Below, one piece after another: positions 1-8,278 of a stretch of 64,000 nt of DNA. The stretch is from the NCBI GenBank assembly GCA_963667015.2, contig CAXXJJ010000004.1, forward strand, positions 2,656,001 through 2,720,000, given 5' to 3'. A program made the position numbers and the translations under genes. Below the pieces are notes generated by a model. It was not told the origin of the DNA and did no database searches. It saw only the letters and a list, made by a program, of their open reading frames with translations. Source of the DNA: Desulfatiglandales bacterium (GTDB lineage Bacteria > Desulfobacterota > DSM-4660 > Desulfatiglandales > HGW-15). The first letter of the stretch is position 1; every line of letters begins with the position of its first letter.

Positions 1-226
1 AACTAAAATAATTATTAATGATCTCATTTCCAGACCTCTTTTCCCGAATCTTCAAGTTTCAGAAACTTTTCATGTGCTAACCAGCCTGTTTTTATACAAT
101 ATAAGTGCTCGTGACCGGAAATCCATCACAAAATTACAACATTTTCATATAATCGGCTTTTGAACTTGACTCGGAAGAAATAAAACTCAAACCGGGACCC
201 TTTAAATGCAAGGTAATTTTTTAATT

Positions 227-408
227 TGCACATTTCTGGGTTCACCGTTGCACATGAAATTGTGCTTTTTTAAATTTATTCAAATAAACAAATCCACCCG
301 GCACTCCTTCCTTAATATCAAAACGTTTAAAACTCCCGTTATTCAAGGGGTTTCACTGTTTTTCCTGTTGCCGGACCATATATCAATTCTTCCGGCACGA
401 TGCTTGTA
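227..408 (+). promoter_or_regulatory. Putative sigma54 promoter with two upstream 18-bp enhancer-like palindromes
   Basis: TGCACATTTCTGGGTTCA (227-244) and TGCACATGAAATTGTGCT (249-266); CGGCACGATGCTTGTA (393-408) has GG-N10-GT spacing. Same layout at 44819-44992. Confidence 0.5.
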
Positions 409-1140
409 AAAGGCTTTTTTAATCAATCAGAAATGCAGCCTGAAGCTTTCCACCCTGTTAAAGGCTGTTAGTATTTTCGCTTTTCCTTCAGTCCTCAGCC
501 TAAACCGCTTACCTGGCACGCCATAGCCTTTGACGACGGCGGCAGCCTGTTTTAAAAAGGAGACAATTATGAGCAAAGTGCAGTCAATAAAAATCGAAGA
601 CATTGTGATTGATAACAGCATTTACCCCGGAAGCAGCATAGATCACAAAAGGGTCTCCATGTTTGAGGAAAACATGAGGGACGGCTTTGAGTTTGATCCC
701 ATCCACCTTCAGGATCATCCGGACGAACCCGGTAAATACAGCATCCTGGACGGTGCACACCGGTTCAAGGCTTATAAAGGCACAGGGGAGAAGGTAGTCA
801 AGGCGGAGATAATTAATCTCAATGGAGAAGATCCTCTGCTGTATGCTGCAAGTAAGGCGATAGGCCCCAGAGAGCTTAAGGATGACGAGGCAAGGGAGAT
901 TGCCAGAAGGGTGTACCTGAATAACCCGAGAGTATCATCAGTAAAAGTCGGGAAAGCGGTTGGTCGTTCAAGGCAGGCAGTGGATAGTTATATAAGTGAT
1001 CTTCGTGCAAGTTACCAGATGGATCAGGATATCAAAATATACAAAATGAATAACCTTGGTATTCCACAGGAAAGAATCGCTCGAAGACTGGGATTGGATC
1101 AGAAGACAATTCATAACCATTTAGGAGAAATGCCAAAGCT

Positions 1141-1290
1141 GATGGACTCGCAAAAAGTCGAATAATCGTTATAACCCAAAAAATCGAGTCTCCTATTTGC
1201 CTCAGAATCGACGATTACATGATTAGACATGGGTTAAAGGCCATCAAAATAGTATTCTTTTTGCTGACGCTGACTTTTTGCGAGATCATC
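1141..1290. mobile_element. 150-bp MITE (non-autonomous IS derivative)
   Basis: TIRs GATGGACTCGCAAAAAGTC (1141-1159) and GACTTTTTGCGAGATCATC (1272-1290), 17/19 matching; direct repeat AAAGCT at 1135-1140 and 1291-1296; no transposase. Confidence 0.92.
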
Positions 1291-1477
1291 AAAGCTGGCA
1301 TTTCTCCTAAATAGCGAATTTAAGAAAGGGTTTTCGGTAAATCAGGTTGCTGAAAAGCACGGCTGGCCTGAATCTCTGATGTGGTCGGTAAAATTGAACG
1401 GAAAAAGTGACATTCCTAAATACCAGGAATTACAATGGGGGCTCAGGACATGGGACGAATGGAAATGGAATGATTGT

Positions 1478-1527
1478 TTACCCCGTGAAATTCATGTCAA
1501 TGACAGCAGAGCGGATTACACAGAGGT
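1478..1527. repeat. 50-bp REP-like insertion causing a frameshift
   Basis: Degenerate inverted ends ACCCCGTGAAAT / ATTACACAGAGGT; removing it restores WNDC-DRRSGDEWPGRIP continuity. Confidence 0.6.
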
Positions 1528-1947
1528 GACAGAAGATCCGGTGACGAATGGCCCGGAAGAATACCTGCTCAGCTTATAGCACATATACTTTATTACTTCT
1601 CAAAACCCGGTGATCTGGTTCTTGACCCCATGGCCGGAGGCGGTGTGGTGGCGGACACCTGCCTGGCATTCAACCGGCGATGCTAGAGTTTCTGAGATCA
1701 GGCTGGTACTGTCTCAGCAATGCAGAAAAAGAGAATACTGGGTGTGACCGGCAGGAATGTCATTGTAGCGAAGAAAAAAAATAGGCTGCCGCTTTTCACC
1801 CTGTTAAATGCTGCATCGCAGCTTACTCCAATATCTTTCTTTGAATTGCTTTGATATTACAGGTTCTTAGAAGTTAATTAATTATTTAAGGACGCTTTAA
1901 ATAGGACATTTATAGGCGTTTTTTATATTATATTTTTTAAGAGATTG

Positions 1948-1976
1948 TTGACGTTTAATATCATTAAAGCTAATCT
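1948..1976 (+). promoter_or_regulatory. Putative sigma70 promoter for the 2063-3721 cassette
   Basis: TTGACG-N17-TAATCT. Confidence 0.45.
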
Positions 1977-2062
1977 TAAAATCTTATCAAATGTCATGGC
2001 TTTTATAAAAAATCGGAGTTACACTATTCACATTATAAAGATATCGAAAACGTGAGGTCTTT

Positions 2063-2836
2063 ATGGTTATCAATGAAGTTTTTACAAATCCCACAGTAAA
2101 AAAAGTTATATTTCAGATACGTTTTCCTAATTTGTTTTATATAGAAAATAAAATCGGTGAAATTCAATTAAAACTAATGAAAGAATTTCCAGAATCAGCC
2201 TTAATACATAAACAGACAATTGTTTTCACCGATGTTGGGCCGAAAGGTGAAATAAAAAAGAACCTTGATAATTTTCCAGAAGAATCGACAAATAAAATTT
2301 GGCAATTCGAGTCAGAGAAAAAATATAAATTAAATATACAAAGCAATTCTCTGGATATTAGTTCTTCAGTACATAAAACATATAATAATCCTAAATCAGA
2401 TATTAGATTTAGAGATATTATGGAATTTGTTCTCAACAGTTTTTTTGAAGTAACACAGATACCGGTCATTAAAAGGATTGGATTGAGATATATAGATGAA
2501 TGTCCAATTCCTGAAGAAAAAACTAGTAAAGCGTTTAAAGAGTATTATAAAACGACATTCCCTCTCGCTCGTTTTAAACTAGAAGATGCTGAACAATTAA
2601 ATTTTAGAGCGGTAGTGAAACGAGCTGACTTATCTTTAACATTCAACGAATCTTTTTCAAAGACAGAGAATGATTATAAATTAATTTTAGATTTTGATGC
2701 GTATAAAGAAAATATTGATCCCGACGAATGTTTAGCTGTATCAGATAGACTACATGACTTAATAATAAAAGAGTATGAATTATCATTGAAAGATCCTGTT
2801 TATGATTATATGCGCAAGGAGCCTAGTAATAGCTAA
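2063..2836 (+). CDS. TIGR04255-family protein
   Basis: N-terminal FTNPTVKKVIFQIRF, internal IKRIGLRYID and C-terminal ILDFDAY resemble this family as recalled; 257 aa; AT-rich. Confidence 0.75.
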   Translation: MVINEVFTNPTVKKVIFQIRFPNLFYIENKIGEIQLKLMKEFPESALIHKQTIVFTDVGPKGEIKKNLDNFPEESTNKIWQFESEKKYKLNIQSNSLDISSSVHKTYNNPKSDIRFRDIMEFVLNSFFEVTQIPVIKRIGLRYIDECPIPEEKTSKAFKEYYKTTFPLARFKLEDAEQLNFRAVVKRADLSLTFNESFSKTENDYKLILDFDAYKENIDPDECLAVSDRLHDLIIKEYELSLKDPVYDYMRKEPSNS

Positions 2837-3084
2837 TGGATGAAATAGATGGATCGAACATTTTCGCAGAAGAAGATATGACTGCTACTGGCAGCCATGA
2901 CTTCGAAAAGAAAAAATATATTACCTACCCATTCGATAAGTATGAAATAACAGTTGAACTTACATCATCCAATCGCTTTATAGGCATTGTAGAAGTTAAA
3001 GTGAATAAAGATTTTCGTACCTTTTCTCAAAAAATTGCCTCTGCAAATGTACATGATGTCGAGGAATACTATAAAGATGAGTAA
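2836..3084 (+). CDS. Small acidic hypothetical protein (82 aa)
   Basis: TAATG overlap with the upstream stop; overlaps the next start; middle gene of a coupled trio. Confidence 0.75.
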   Translation: MDEIDGSNIFAEEDMTATGSHDFEKKKYITYPFDKYEITVELTSSNRFIGIVEVKVNKDFRTFSQKIASANVHDVEEYYKDE

Positions 3085-3721
3085 AAACCCATTTTACCTT
3101 GAACCATTTGATACTAGTTTTCGTTTTGGTGATGTTTTAAAAGGTTTTGTCGTATCGACTCCTAATTTTTCCAATCCACCTCTCACCAATGAGAATATGA
3201 ATTTTAATATTGAAGTTTCATTACCTTCTTATTGTGTCGTCTTATCGCCTTGTTGTTCTATCTCAGATAAGACAATTGCTTTGTCCCCTTTGATAAAATT
3301 GTATCCGACTTTTTTTAAAAATGAATACTTTACGGAGGACTTAACAAGAGTTAATAGACTTGTTCCACCTGAAAAAACTATGCCTTCTTATGCTTGGGAA
3401 AAGCTCTCTCTTGAAAAAAAACAGGAAATACTCGATAAAGGAGAAGGTTATACGTTTCTTGATCTGTTTATTTATAAAGAACATGATCTTTTTCCAAAGT
3501 ATGAAATTTCTAGAAAATCAGAGGATAATATTTTTACGAAATATTACATGATCGATTTCAGAAATATATTTAGAGTAAATTCCTCAAGCATAAAAAATCC
3601 AAATGTTGTCCCCATAGAATCAAAATGTCTTCAATTAACAATTGAAACACGAACAGATTTGAGACTCAAAATAACAAAATATTTTAGTAGAATACCAGAT
3701 GAAGATATTACGGGAGATTAG
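3077..3721 (+). CDS. Hypothetical protein, possible PemK/MazF-like fold
   Basis: ATG 3077 after GAGGA; pattern FGDVL...VVLSPCCSI...ALSPL...MIDF...LQLT..R..L..KI..YF.R. Confidence 0.6.
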   Translation: MSKNPFYLEPFDTSFRFGDVLKGFVVSTPNFSNPPLTNENMNFNIEVSLPSYCVVLSPCCSISDKTIALSPLIKLYPTFFKNEYFTEDLTRVNRLVPPEKTMPSYAWEKLSLEKKQEILDKGEGYTFLDLFIYKEHDLFPKYEISRKSEDNIFTKYYMIDFRNIFRVNSSSIKNPNVVPIESKCLQLTIETRTDLRLKITKYFSRIPDEDITGD

Positions 3722-3852
3722 CATTCTAAGCTGTGTAACAGTTTAGTGCAGAAACATGACATTCAGGGGACGTCCTCAAATAATCAAACAACATTTTCCC
3801 CTCTTGGTAAAATAAGACTTCTAACGAGTTTTGAACAGGTAACCAATCTGTC

Positions 3853-4269
3853 TCAATTGCCTGTATATTCAGGTCCTCGCATAAAACCTGATGCAAATGT
3901 TTTTTTCAAAGGCCCCAGGATAGTTTCAATGTCGGATTCATTAATTCTTTTCACATCTATCCCATTTTGCTCAGCTTCTTTCCTGAATACATCATCCGCA
4001 GAAGAGTCCCCGGTTACGATTAACATATCCGCCCACTGATTCTTTGCCTCAAACGCTGTTTGGAAGAGTTCTTTCACATCCTTTTCCAGGGGTGCTTCAT
4101 CAACCACACGTGATAAAACATATCCCATTACATAGCAGCTTGCAGCATCCATCAGTACATAGATATCGTAAGGTTCATCCTGAACAAGCAGAAACTCTTC
4201 ATTGACTCTGACTGCTATCCATGCTTCATTTACGCGGAATTGATCGGGTGTGATCATTCTGCACTCCAT
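3853..4269 (-). CDS. Hypothetical protein (138 aa)
   Basis: Clean ORF with an upstream sigma70 module; YVLMDAASCYVMG is reminiscent of an RNase H-like strand pattern, unconfirmed. Confidence 0.65.
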   Translation of the reverse strand: MECRMITPDQFRVNEAWIAVRVNEEFLLVQDEPYDIYVLMDAASCYVMGYVLSRVVDEAPLEKDVKELFQTAFEAKNQWADMLIVTGDSSADDVFRKEAEQNGIDVKRINESDIETILGPLKKTFASGFMRGPEYTGN

Positions 4270-4371
4270 TGCACGATATGTATAAAAGCTGTTTCATCAG
4301 TTCCGGATATCTTTACATTTTGAATGATATACAGAAAGATAAACCGGAATTTAATCATAAATTATCATAAG

Positions 4372-4442
4372 TAATCAGTTATTTTCGTATTGAGGCATTG
4401 GAATAATAGCTGGATTGGTTTTATTAATCAATGGTAATTAGG
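4372..4442 (-). promoter_or_regulatory. Duplicated ~70-bp promoter module, copy 1
   Basis: Minus strand TTGATT(4431-4426)-N17-TATTAT(4408-4403); aligns with 5307-5376. Confidence 0.7.
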
Positions 4443-4498
4443 CATAGAGCATAGGGCATGAGGTAAGCAAAAACCTTGGCATAGTGCATAGCGCGTGG
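4441..4498. repeat. Heptamer (NGCATAG) tandem tracts
   Basis: ggcatag agcatag ggcatga ... ggcatag tgcatag cgcgtgg. Confidence 0.7.
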
Positions 4499-4515
4499 GC
4501 TAGTGTCAAAAAGCA

Positions 4516-4657
4516 CTGGATACCACGATCAAAGCCTGCCCCGCACTCGATGGGGGGTCGCGGTATGACGGGCTTGGGTTGGATACTGCAATTCCGCCTT
4601 CGTATTAAGACTTCGGCGCGACAGGCAAGTCACGGAAAGACGGGTTTGGTTGGATAT
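4516..4657. repeat. Tandem REP-like palindromes, each carrying a nested palindrome
   Basis: Two units TGGATA...CAA.TCRCGG...GACGGG, interrupted by CCTGCCCCGCACTCGATGGGGG and CCGCCTTCGTATTAAGACTTCGGCGCGACAGG. Confidence 0.6.
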
Positions 4658-4659
4658 CG

Positions 4660-4926
4660 CTATTCAGCAGTGTGGCTTTTTGCGTCAGATGAAATAGAAT
4701 CATGTGCTTTCTTGAAAGCCATCATTTTAGCCTGCGCCGAATCTAGAATAGTATCCCTGATAAATGAACTTGCTTCTAATATTTCTATCCCTATTAAATC
4801 ACCATTCTCATTCAACTCAGCAGTGATATTGGGGCTCAGTTCAACGCTGTTAGATTCATTCCCTTCCGAGATAATAAAATAAAGGATATCTTCTTCTTTG
4901 AAGTATGTCATTTTTGCTTTATCCAT
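4660..4926 (-). CDS. DUF2283-family protein (putative antitoxin)
   Basis: YFKEEDILYF...ELNENGDLIGIEILEAS signature; overlaps the upstream gene. Confidence 0.85.
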   Translation of the reverse strand: MDKAKMTYFKEEDILYFIISEGNESNSVELSPNITAELNENGDLIGIEILEASSFIRDTILDSAQAKMMAFKKAHDSISSDAKSHTAE

Positions 4927-5200
4927 ATATGAATCTCCCGGTCTTTAAACGAAAATTTATCTGTTGTCGTGTCGTTGCATGAATAGTTATCGGGTTGATT
5001 TTTTCTCCGAGTTGTTCATAAGGAATCATAACCAAATGGCCATCATGCCTCCCGACTGCTATGTTACGTTGCGTTATTGTATCAAAATAACGTTCATCGG
5101 AATACCTTAAAATGTTTTCAATCTTTTTGAATTGAAAACCCCTCAAATCAATCCTGTATTTCATATAATCAGACCATTCGATTTGAGCAGGATTTTCCAA
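4919..5200 (-). CDS. DUF4258-like protein (putative RelE/BrnT-fold toxin)
   Basis: IEWSDYMKYRIDLRG...ITIHATTRQQI; 93 aa, directly upstream of DUF2283. Confidence 0.7.
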   Translation of the reverse strand: MENPAQIEWSDYMKYRIDLRGFQFKKIENILRYSDERYFDTITQRNIAVGRHDGHLVMIPYEQLGEKINPITIHATTRQQINFRLKTGRFIYG

Positions 5201-5306
5201 ATTTACCCTCTAGTGCATCAATTAAAAAAAAAGTGATGAAAATGTGAACCAATTCTTATTTAGTACTGAAAAGTTAATTCATTTATTGAACTCCGGGAAT
5301 ATATAA

Positions 5307-5376
5307 TAATCAGATTTTTCTTGTTGAAGCACTGAAATAATAGCTGTTTAAGTTTCATTAATCAATCATAAATAGG
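5307..5376 (-). promoter_or_regulatory. Duplicated ~70-bp promoter module, copy 2
   Basis: Minus strand TTGATT(5365-5360)-N17-TATTAT(5342-5337). Confidence 0.7.
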
Positions 5377-5385
5377 CCGGATAGA

Positions 5386-5420
5386 AGCATAGCGCAGAGT
5401 GCATGGAGCAGAGAGTATGG
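5386..5420. repeat. Heptamer tandem tract
   Basis: agcatag cgcagag tgcatgg agcagag agtatgg. Confidence 0.65.
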
Positions 5421-5450
5421 GAAAAGCCATTTTAACAGATTAAAAATTCT

Positions 5451-6263
5451 CTATTTACCTTCAATAAACCAGTCTATCAGTTTCCGGGCAATACTGATAC
5501 TGGGAGGGATTCGTGGGATTTCATCTCTGGCAAACCAGGCGGCATGTGATATCTCTTTTTTATCAACATTTATTTCACCGCTCTCGTATTCGGCCGTAAA
5601 TCCGACCATAAGCGAGTCAGGGAAAGGCCATGGCTGACTACCGAAATATTTGATATTTTTCACCTCAATCCCTACTTCCTCACGTACTTCACGCCTTACA
5701 CATTCCTCGAGATTCTCTACCGGCTCCACAAAACCCGCAAGGACGCTGTAAAATTTTGAAGGGAATCGGGGAGAGCTGCCCATTAGAAGCCTGTCATCTC
5801 TGGTAACCGCTACGATTATTGCCGGGGAAAGACGAGGATAATATACCTGCGCGCATTCAGTACAGACCTTTGCACGTTCATCCTTTTTATCTTCGGTCAA
5901 TTTACCGCATTTGCCGCAAAACCTGTGATTTCTGCTCCATGTTATATACTGGCTGGCAAGCCCTGCAATCCGGACAAGATCCACACCTATTTCACTAACC
6001 AGGGGAAGAGGAGAATGAACGGAAAAAGAGTGAGAGAGTTTTTCTGTACTTGTTATCTCGGCAGCATAACAGGGCACATCATTATATGTACCCACATACT
6101 GGATATGTTCTGAAACAATATTATTTTCTTTAAGTTTCTTGTATTCAGGGATTGATAGTGTTTCGTTTTCCGAGAATACAATTATCTTTTGTTCATGAAC
6201 CAGAAACCATAGAGAGCTGGATTCAATTTTTTCAGGAAGTTTAAAATCAGAAACAAAATTCAT
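5451..6263 (-). CDS. nudC: NAD(H) pyrophosphatase
   Basis: Zn ribbon CGKCG...CTEC, Nudix box, SQPWPFPDSLM signature. Confidence 0.95.
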   Translation of the reverse strand: MNFVSDFKLPEKIESSSLWFLVHEQKIIVFSENETLSIPEYKKLKENNIVSEHIQYVGTYNDVPCYAAEITSTEKLSHSFSVHSPLPLVSEIGVDLVRIAGLASQYITWSRNHRFCGKCGKLTEDKKDERAKVCTECAQVYYPRLSPAIIVAVTRDDRLLMGSSPRFPSKFYSVLAGFVEPVENLEECVRREVREEVGIEVKNIKYFGSQPWPFPDSLMVGFTAEYESGEINVDKKEISHAAWFARDEIPRIPPSISIARKLIDWFIEGK

Positions 6264-6287
6264 TTATAATGCCTTTCAATTGGAGCA

Positions 6288-6322
6288 AAACCTTAAACCT
6301 TATACCGTAGACCTTAAACCTT
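6288..6322. repeat. Five heptamer repeats (AAACCTT)
   Basis: aaacctt aaacctt ataccgt agacctt aaacctt. Confidence 0.75.
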
Positions 6323-6329
6323 TCTTTTA

Positions 6330-6998
6330 TCATACCCCCCTCATATCAGGGGGCCATATATATTTATGCAGCTGAAGGTTTAACCGCACATTCAGTCTAT
6401 CTTTCAATATCCATTCGCTGAGTTCCCTAGGCTCTATCCTTCCAAAGCAGGGAGAAAAATGGATGTGAATATCTTTTTTTCTGTCCCCGGAAATTCGGGA
6501 GAGAATATCAACTGCAAAATCATAATCAGCACGTTCGGCAATTACCAGCTTCAACTCATCACCCGGATTCAGCCTGTGAAGATTTTCGGGATCATTATGC
6601 CTCTCCTCACCGCTTGAAGGGCATTTGATATCCATAATCTTTATACATCGTCTGTCAACCATGCTGATATCTTTGCTGCCGTTTGTCTCAAGTAAAACAG
6701 TGTATTCAAGTTCAAGGAGTGTTTTTATCAGCTGCGGGGTTTCATCCTGCAGCAGGGGTTCCCCTCCGGTTATTTCAACAAGAGAACAGTCAAACTCCTT
6801 AACCTTTTCTACTATTTCCTCTATTTCTATCAGGGAACCTTCATCATAGGCATAGGCCGTGTCACAATAGGAGCACCTCAGGTTACAACCCGTAAGACGA
6901 ATAAACACGCATGGCTGTCCTGCGAAGGTTGATTCTCCCTGAATACTGCAGAATATCTCATTAACCTTTAGAGACAAATTTTTTTCCTTTTTTAACAA
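6330..6998 (-). CDS. queE: 7-carboxy-7-deazaguanine synthase (radical SAM)
   Basis: EIFCSIQGES, FIRLTGCNLRCSYCDT, TGGEP, ETNG, LQLHKYIW. Confidence 0.9.
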   Translation of the reverse strand: MLKKEKNLSLKVNEIFCSIQGESTFAGQPCVFIRLTGCNLRCSYCDTAYAYDEGSLIEIEEIVEKVKEFDCSLVEITGGEPLLQDETPQLIKTLLELEYTVLLETNGSKDISMVDRRCIKIMDIKCPSSGEERHNDPENLHRLNPGDELKLVIAERADYDFAVDILSRISGDRKKDIHIHFSPCFGRIEPRELSEWILKDRLNVRLNLQLHKYIWPPDMRGV

Positions 6999-8268
6999 GT
7001 ATCTGTTCCATTAAAACTGCACTTGTAACACCGGCCACAAAACCGTTTGCAAGAACAGGCCTCAAGACAGGTGAAATAGTCTCACTAACATTATCCGGAA
7101 GGAAGGTAACCACTGTCCCCAGAAAAATGGAAATTCCTATTACCATACCGTTTTCCATCCCGAACCCCTTTCCTTCTGCATCCTTGAATGCCACCAGAAG
7201 GCCTGATGCTATCTGGATAGCCATCAGGTAGGTCAGCACTGCCCCTATAACCACAGGGGGAATACTGCCCATTGCTCCCGTCACACGGGGCAGAAAGGCC
7301 AGTATAAACATTATTACAGCAGCAGGTATAAGGGTAAAACGTGACGCACAGCCTGTGCTCAATATTATACCCGGGCTTATTGAAAAATTAACAGGCCCTA
7401 TGACACCCATGAACCCGGCAAAGATATTTGCCAGACCTGTGATAAAGACCCCCCTTTTTACCCTGCCCTCCCGGTCCTTGACCTCAAGAATCTCGTTTAC
7501 AGACTGGATCGAGCCAAGGTCATTTATCAAAAGCGCGATAAAACAAAAGAGAAATGAGATCATCACCCCCGGATGGAATGACAGATCTGTATTCATGTTA
7601 TATAAAAAAGAATCAAGCCAGGGACCGTCATAAGGGGATACAGGCTGTTTAGCCTGCAGGATAAAAAAGTACAGGATACTTCCAAGCACTACACTCCAGA
7701 TGACTATTGTCGATTTCCATATTCCATTTAGTATCCTGTGAAAAACAAACATGATGAAGATCATAAGAATTGCAAAAAGCATATTGTATGAGGGGTTTAC
7801 TCCGCCTTTTTTATCTATGATCAGATCCATTATGGCTGGCGTCATGGTAAAGGCTATCAGGATAAGTACCACTGATATTACATTGGCTGTAAAAAACCTG
7901 TTAACATGCCTTAAAAGACCGCTTATTGAGAGAACCACAACGATGAGCCCTCCGGTCATTATGGATGTGTATATGACAGAAACCGGAAAACTTGCAGAGG
8001 CAAGAATACCGATAAGCAGCACTGCAGAAGGCCCCGGAATAAGAGGGAGCCTGTGCCCCAGAAATATCTGTATGAAGAGTGTTACAGAACTTACTATCAG
8101 AAGCTTTCTGAGGTAGAGTATCTGGCTGAACTGGTCCGGATAGTGGATAAGCCCCACAACCTTGCCCAGTATAATTATTGTGGATATCAGGAGAACCGCC
8201 CACTGCATTCCGAAAAGAATATTTTTAATGAACGGGACTTTCTCGTCAAGTCCGTACTGGAGCTGCAT
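6961..8268 (-). CDS. NCS2-family purine/pyrimidine permease
   Basis: Multi-TM; GHRLPLIPGPS; ATG 8268 after GAGGAG. Confidence 0.85.
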   Translation of the reverse strand: MQLQYGLDEKVPFIKNILFGMQWAVLLISTIIILGKVVGLIHYPDQFSQILYLRKLLIVSSVTLFIQIFLGHRLPLIPGPSAVLLIGILASASFPVSVIYTSIMTGGLIVVVLSISGLLRHVNRFFTANVISVVLILIAFTMTPAIMDLIIDKKGGVNPSYNMLFAILMIFIMFVFHRILNGIWKSTIVIWSVVLGSILYFFILQAKQPVSPYDGPWLDSFLYNMNTDLSFHPGVMISFLFCFIALLINDLGSIQSVNEILEVKDREGRVKRGVFITGLANIFAGFMGVIGPVNFSISPGIILSTGCASRFTLIPAAVIMFILAFLPRVTGAMGSIPPVVIGAVLTYLMAIQIASGLLVAFKDAEGKGFGMENGMVIGISIFLGTVVTFLPDNVSETISPVLRPVLANGFVAGVTSAVLMEQILVKKGKKFVSKG

Positions 8269-8278
8269 TATTACTCCT

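Larger units (their letters stand above)
569..1695 (+). pseudogene. ParB-like N-terminal domain / HTH / DNA methyltransferase fusion, disrupted and truncated
   Basis: ATG 569 after AGGAG; ParB motif ILDGAHR. Removing the MITE plus one TSD copy joins ...GEMPKLAFLLNSEFKKGF... to the 1379 ORF. After removing 1478-1527 the frame reads DRRSGDEWPGRIPAQLIAHILYYFSKPGDLVLDPMAGGGVVADTC (SAM-binding motif I), then TAG at 1684. Confidence 0.85.

Noticed and set aside
1379..1579. Independent 66-aa gene
   Set aside because: It is the in-frame continuation of the ParB gene after the MITE, with its tail read through the 50-bp insert.
4441..4657. CRISPR array
   Set aside because: Repeats are short or degenerate with no regular repeat-spacer period, and no cas genes are present.
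3853..5420. Integron cassette array
   Set aside because: Co-oriented small genes and a TA pair are suggestive, but no convincing attC (RYYYAAC...GTTRRRY) hairpins or integron integrase were seen.
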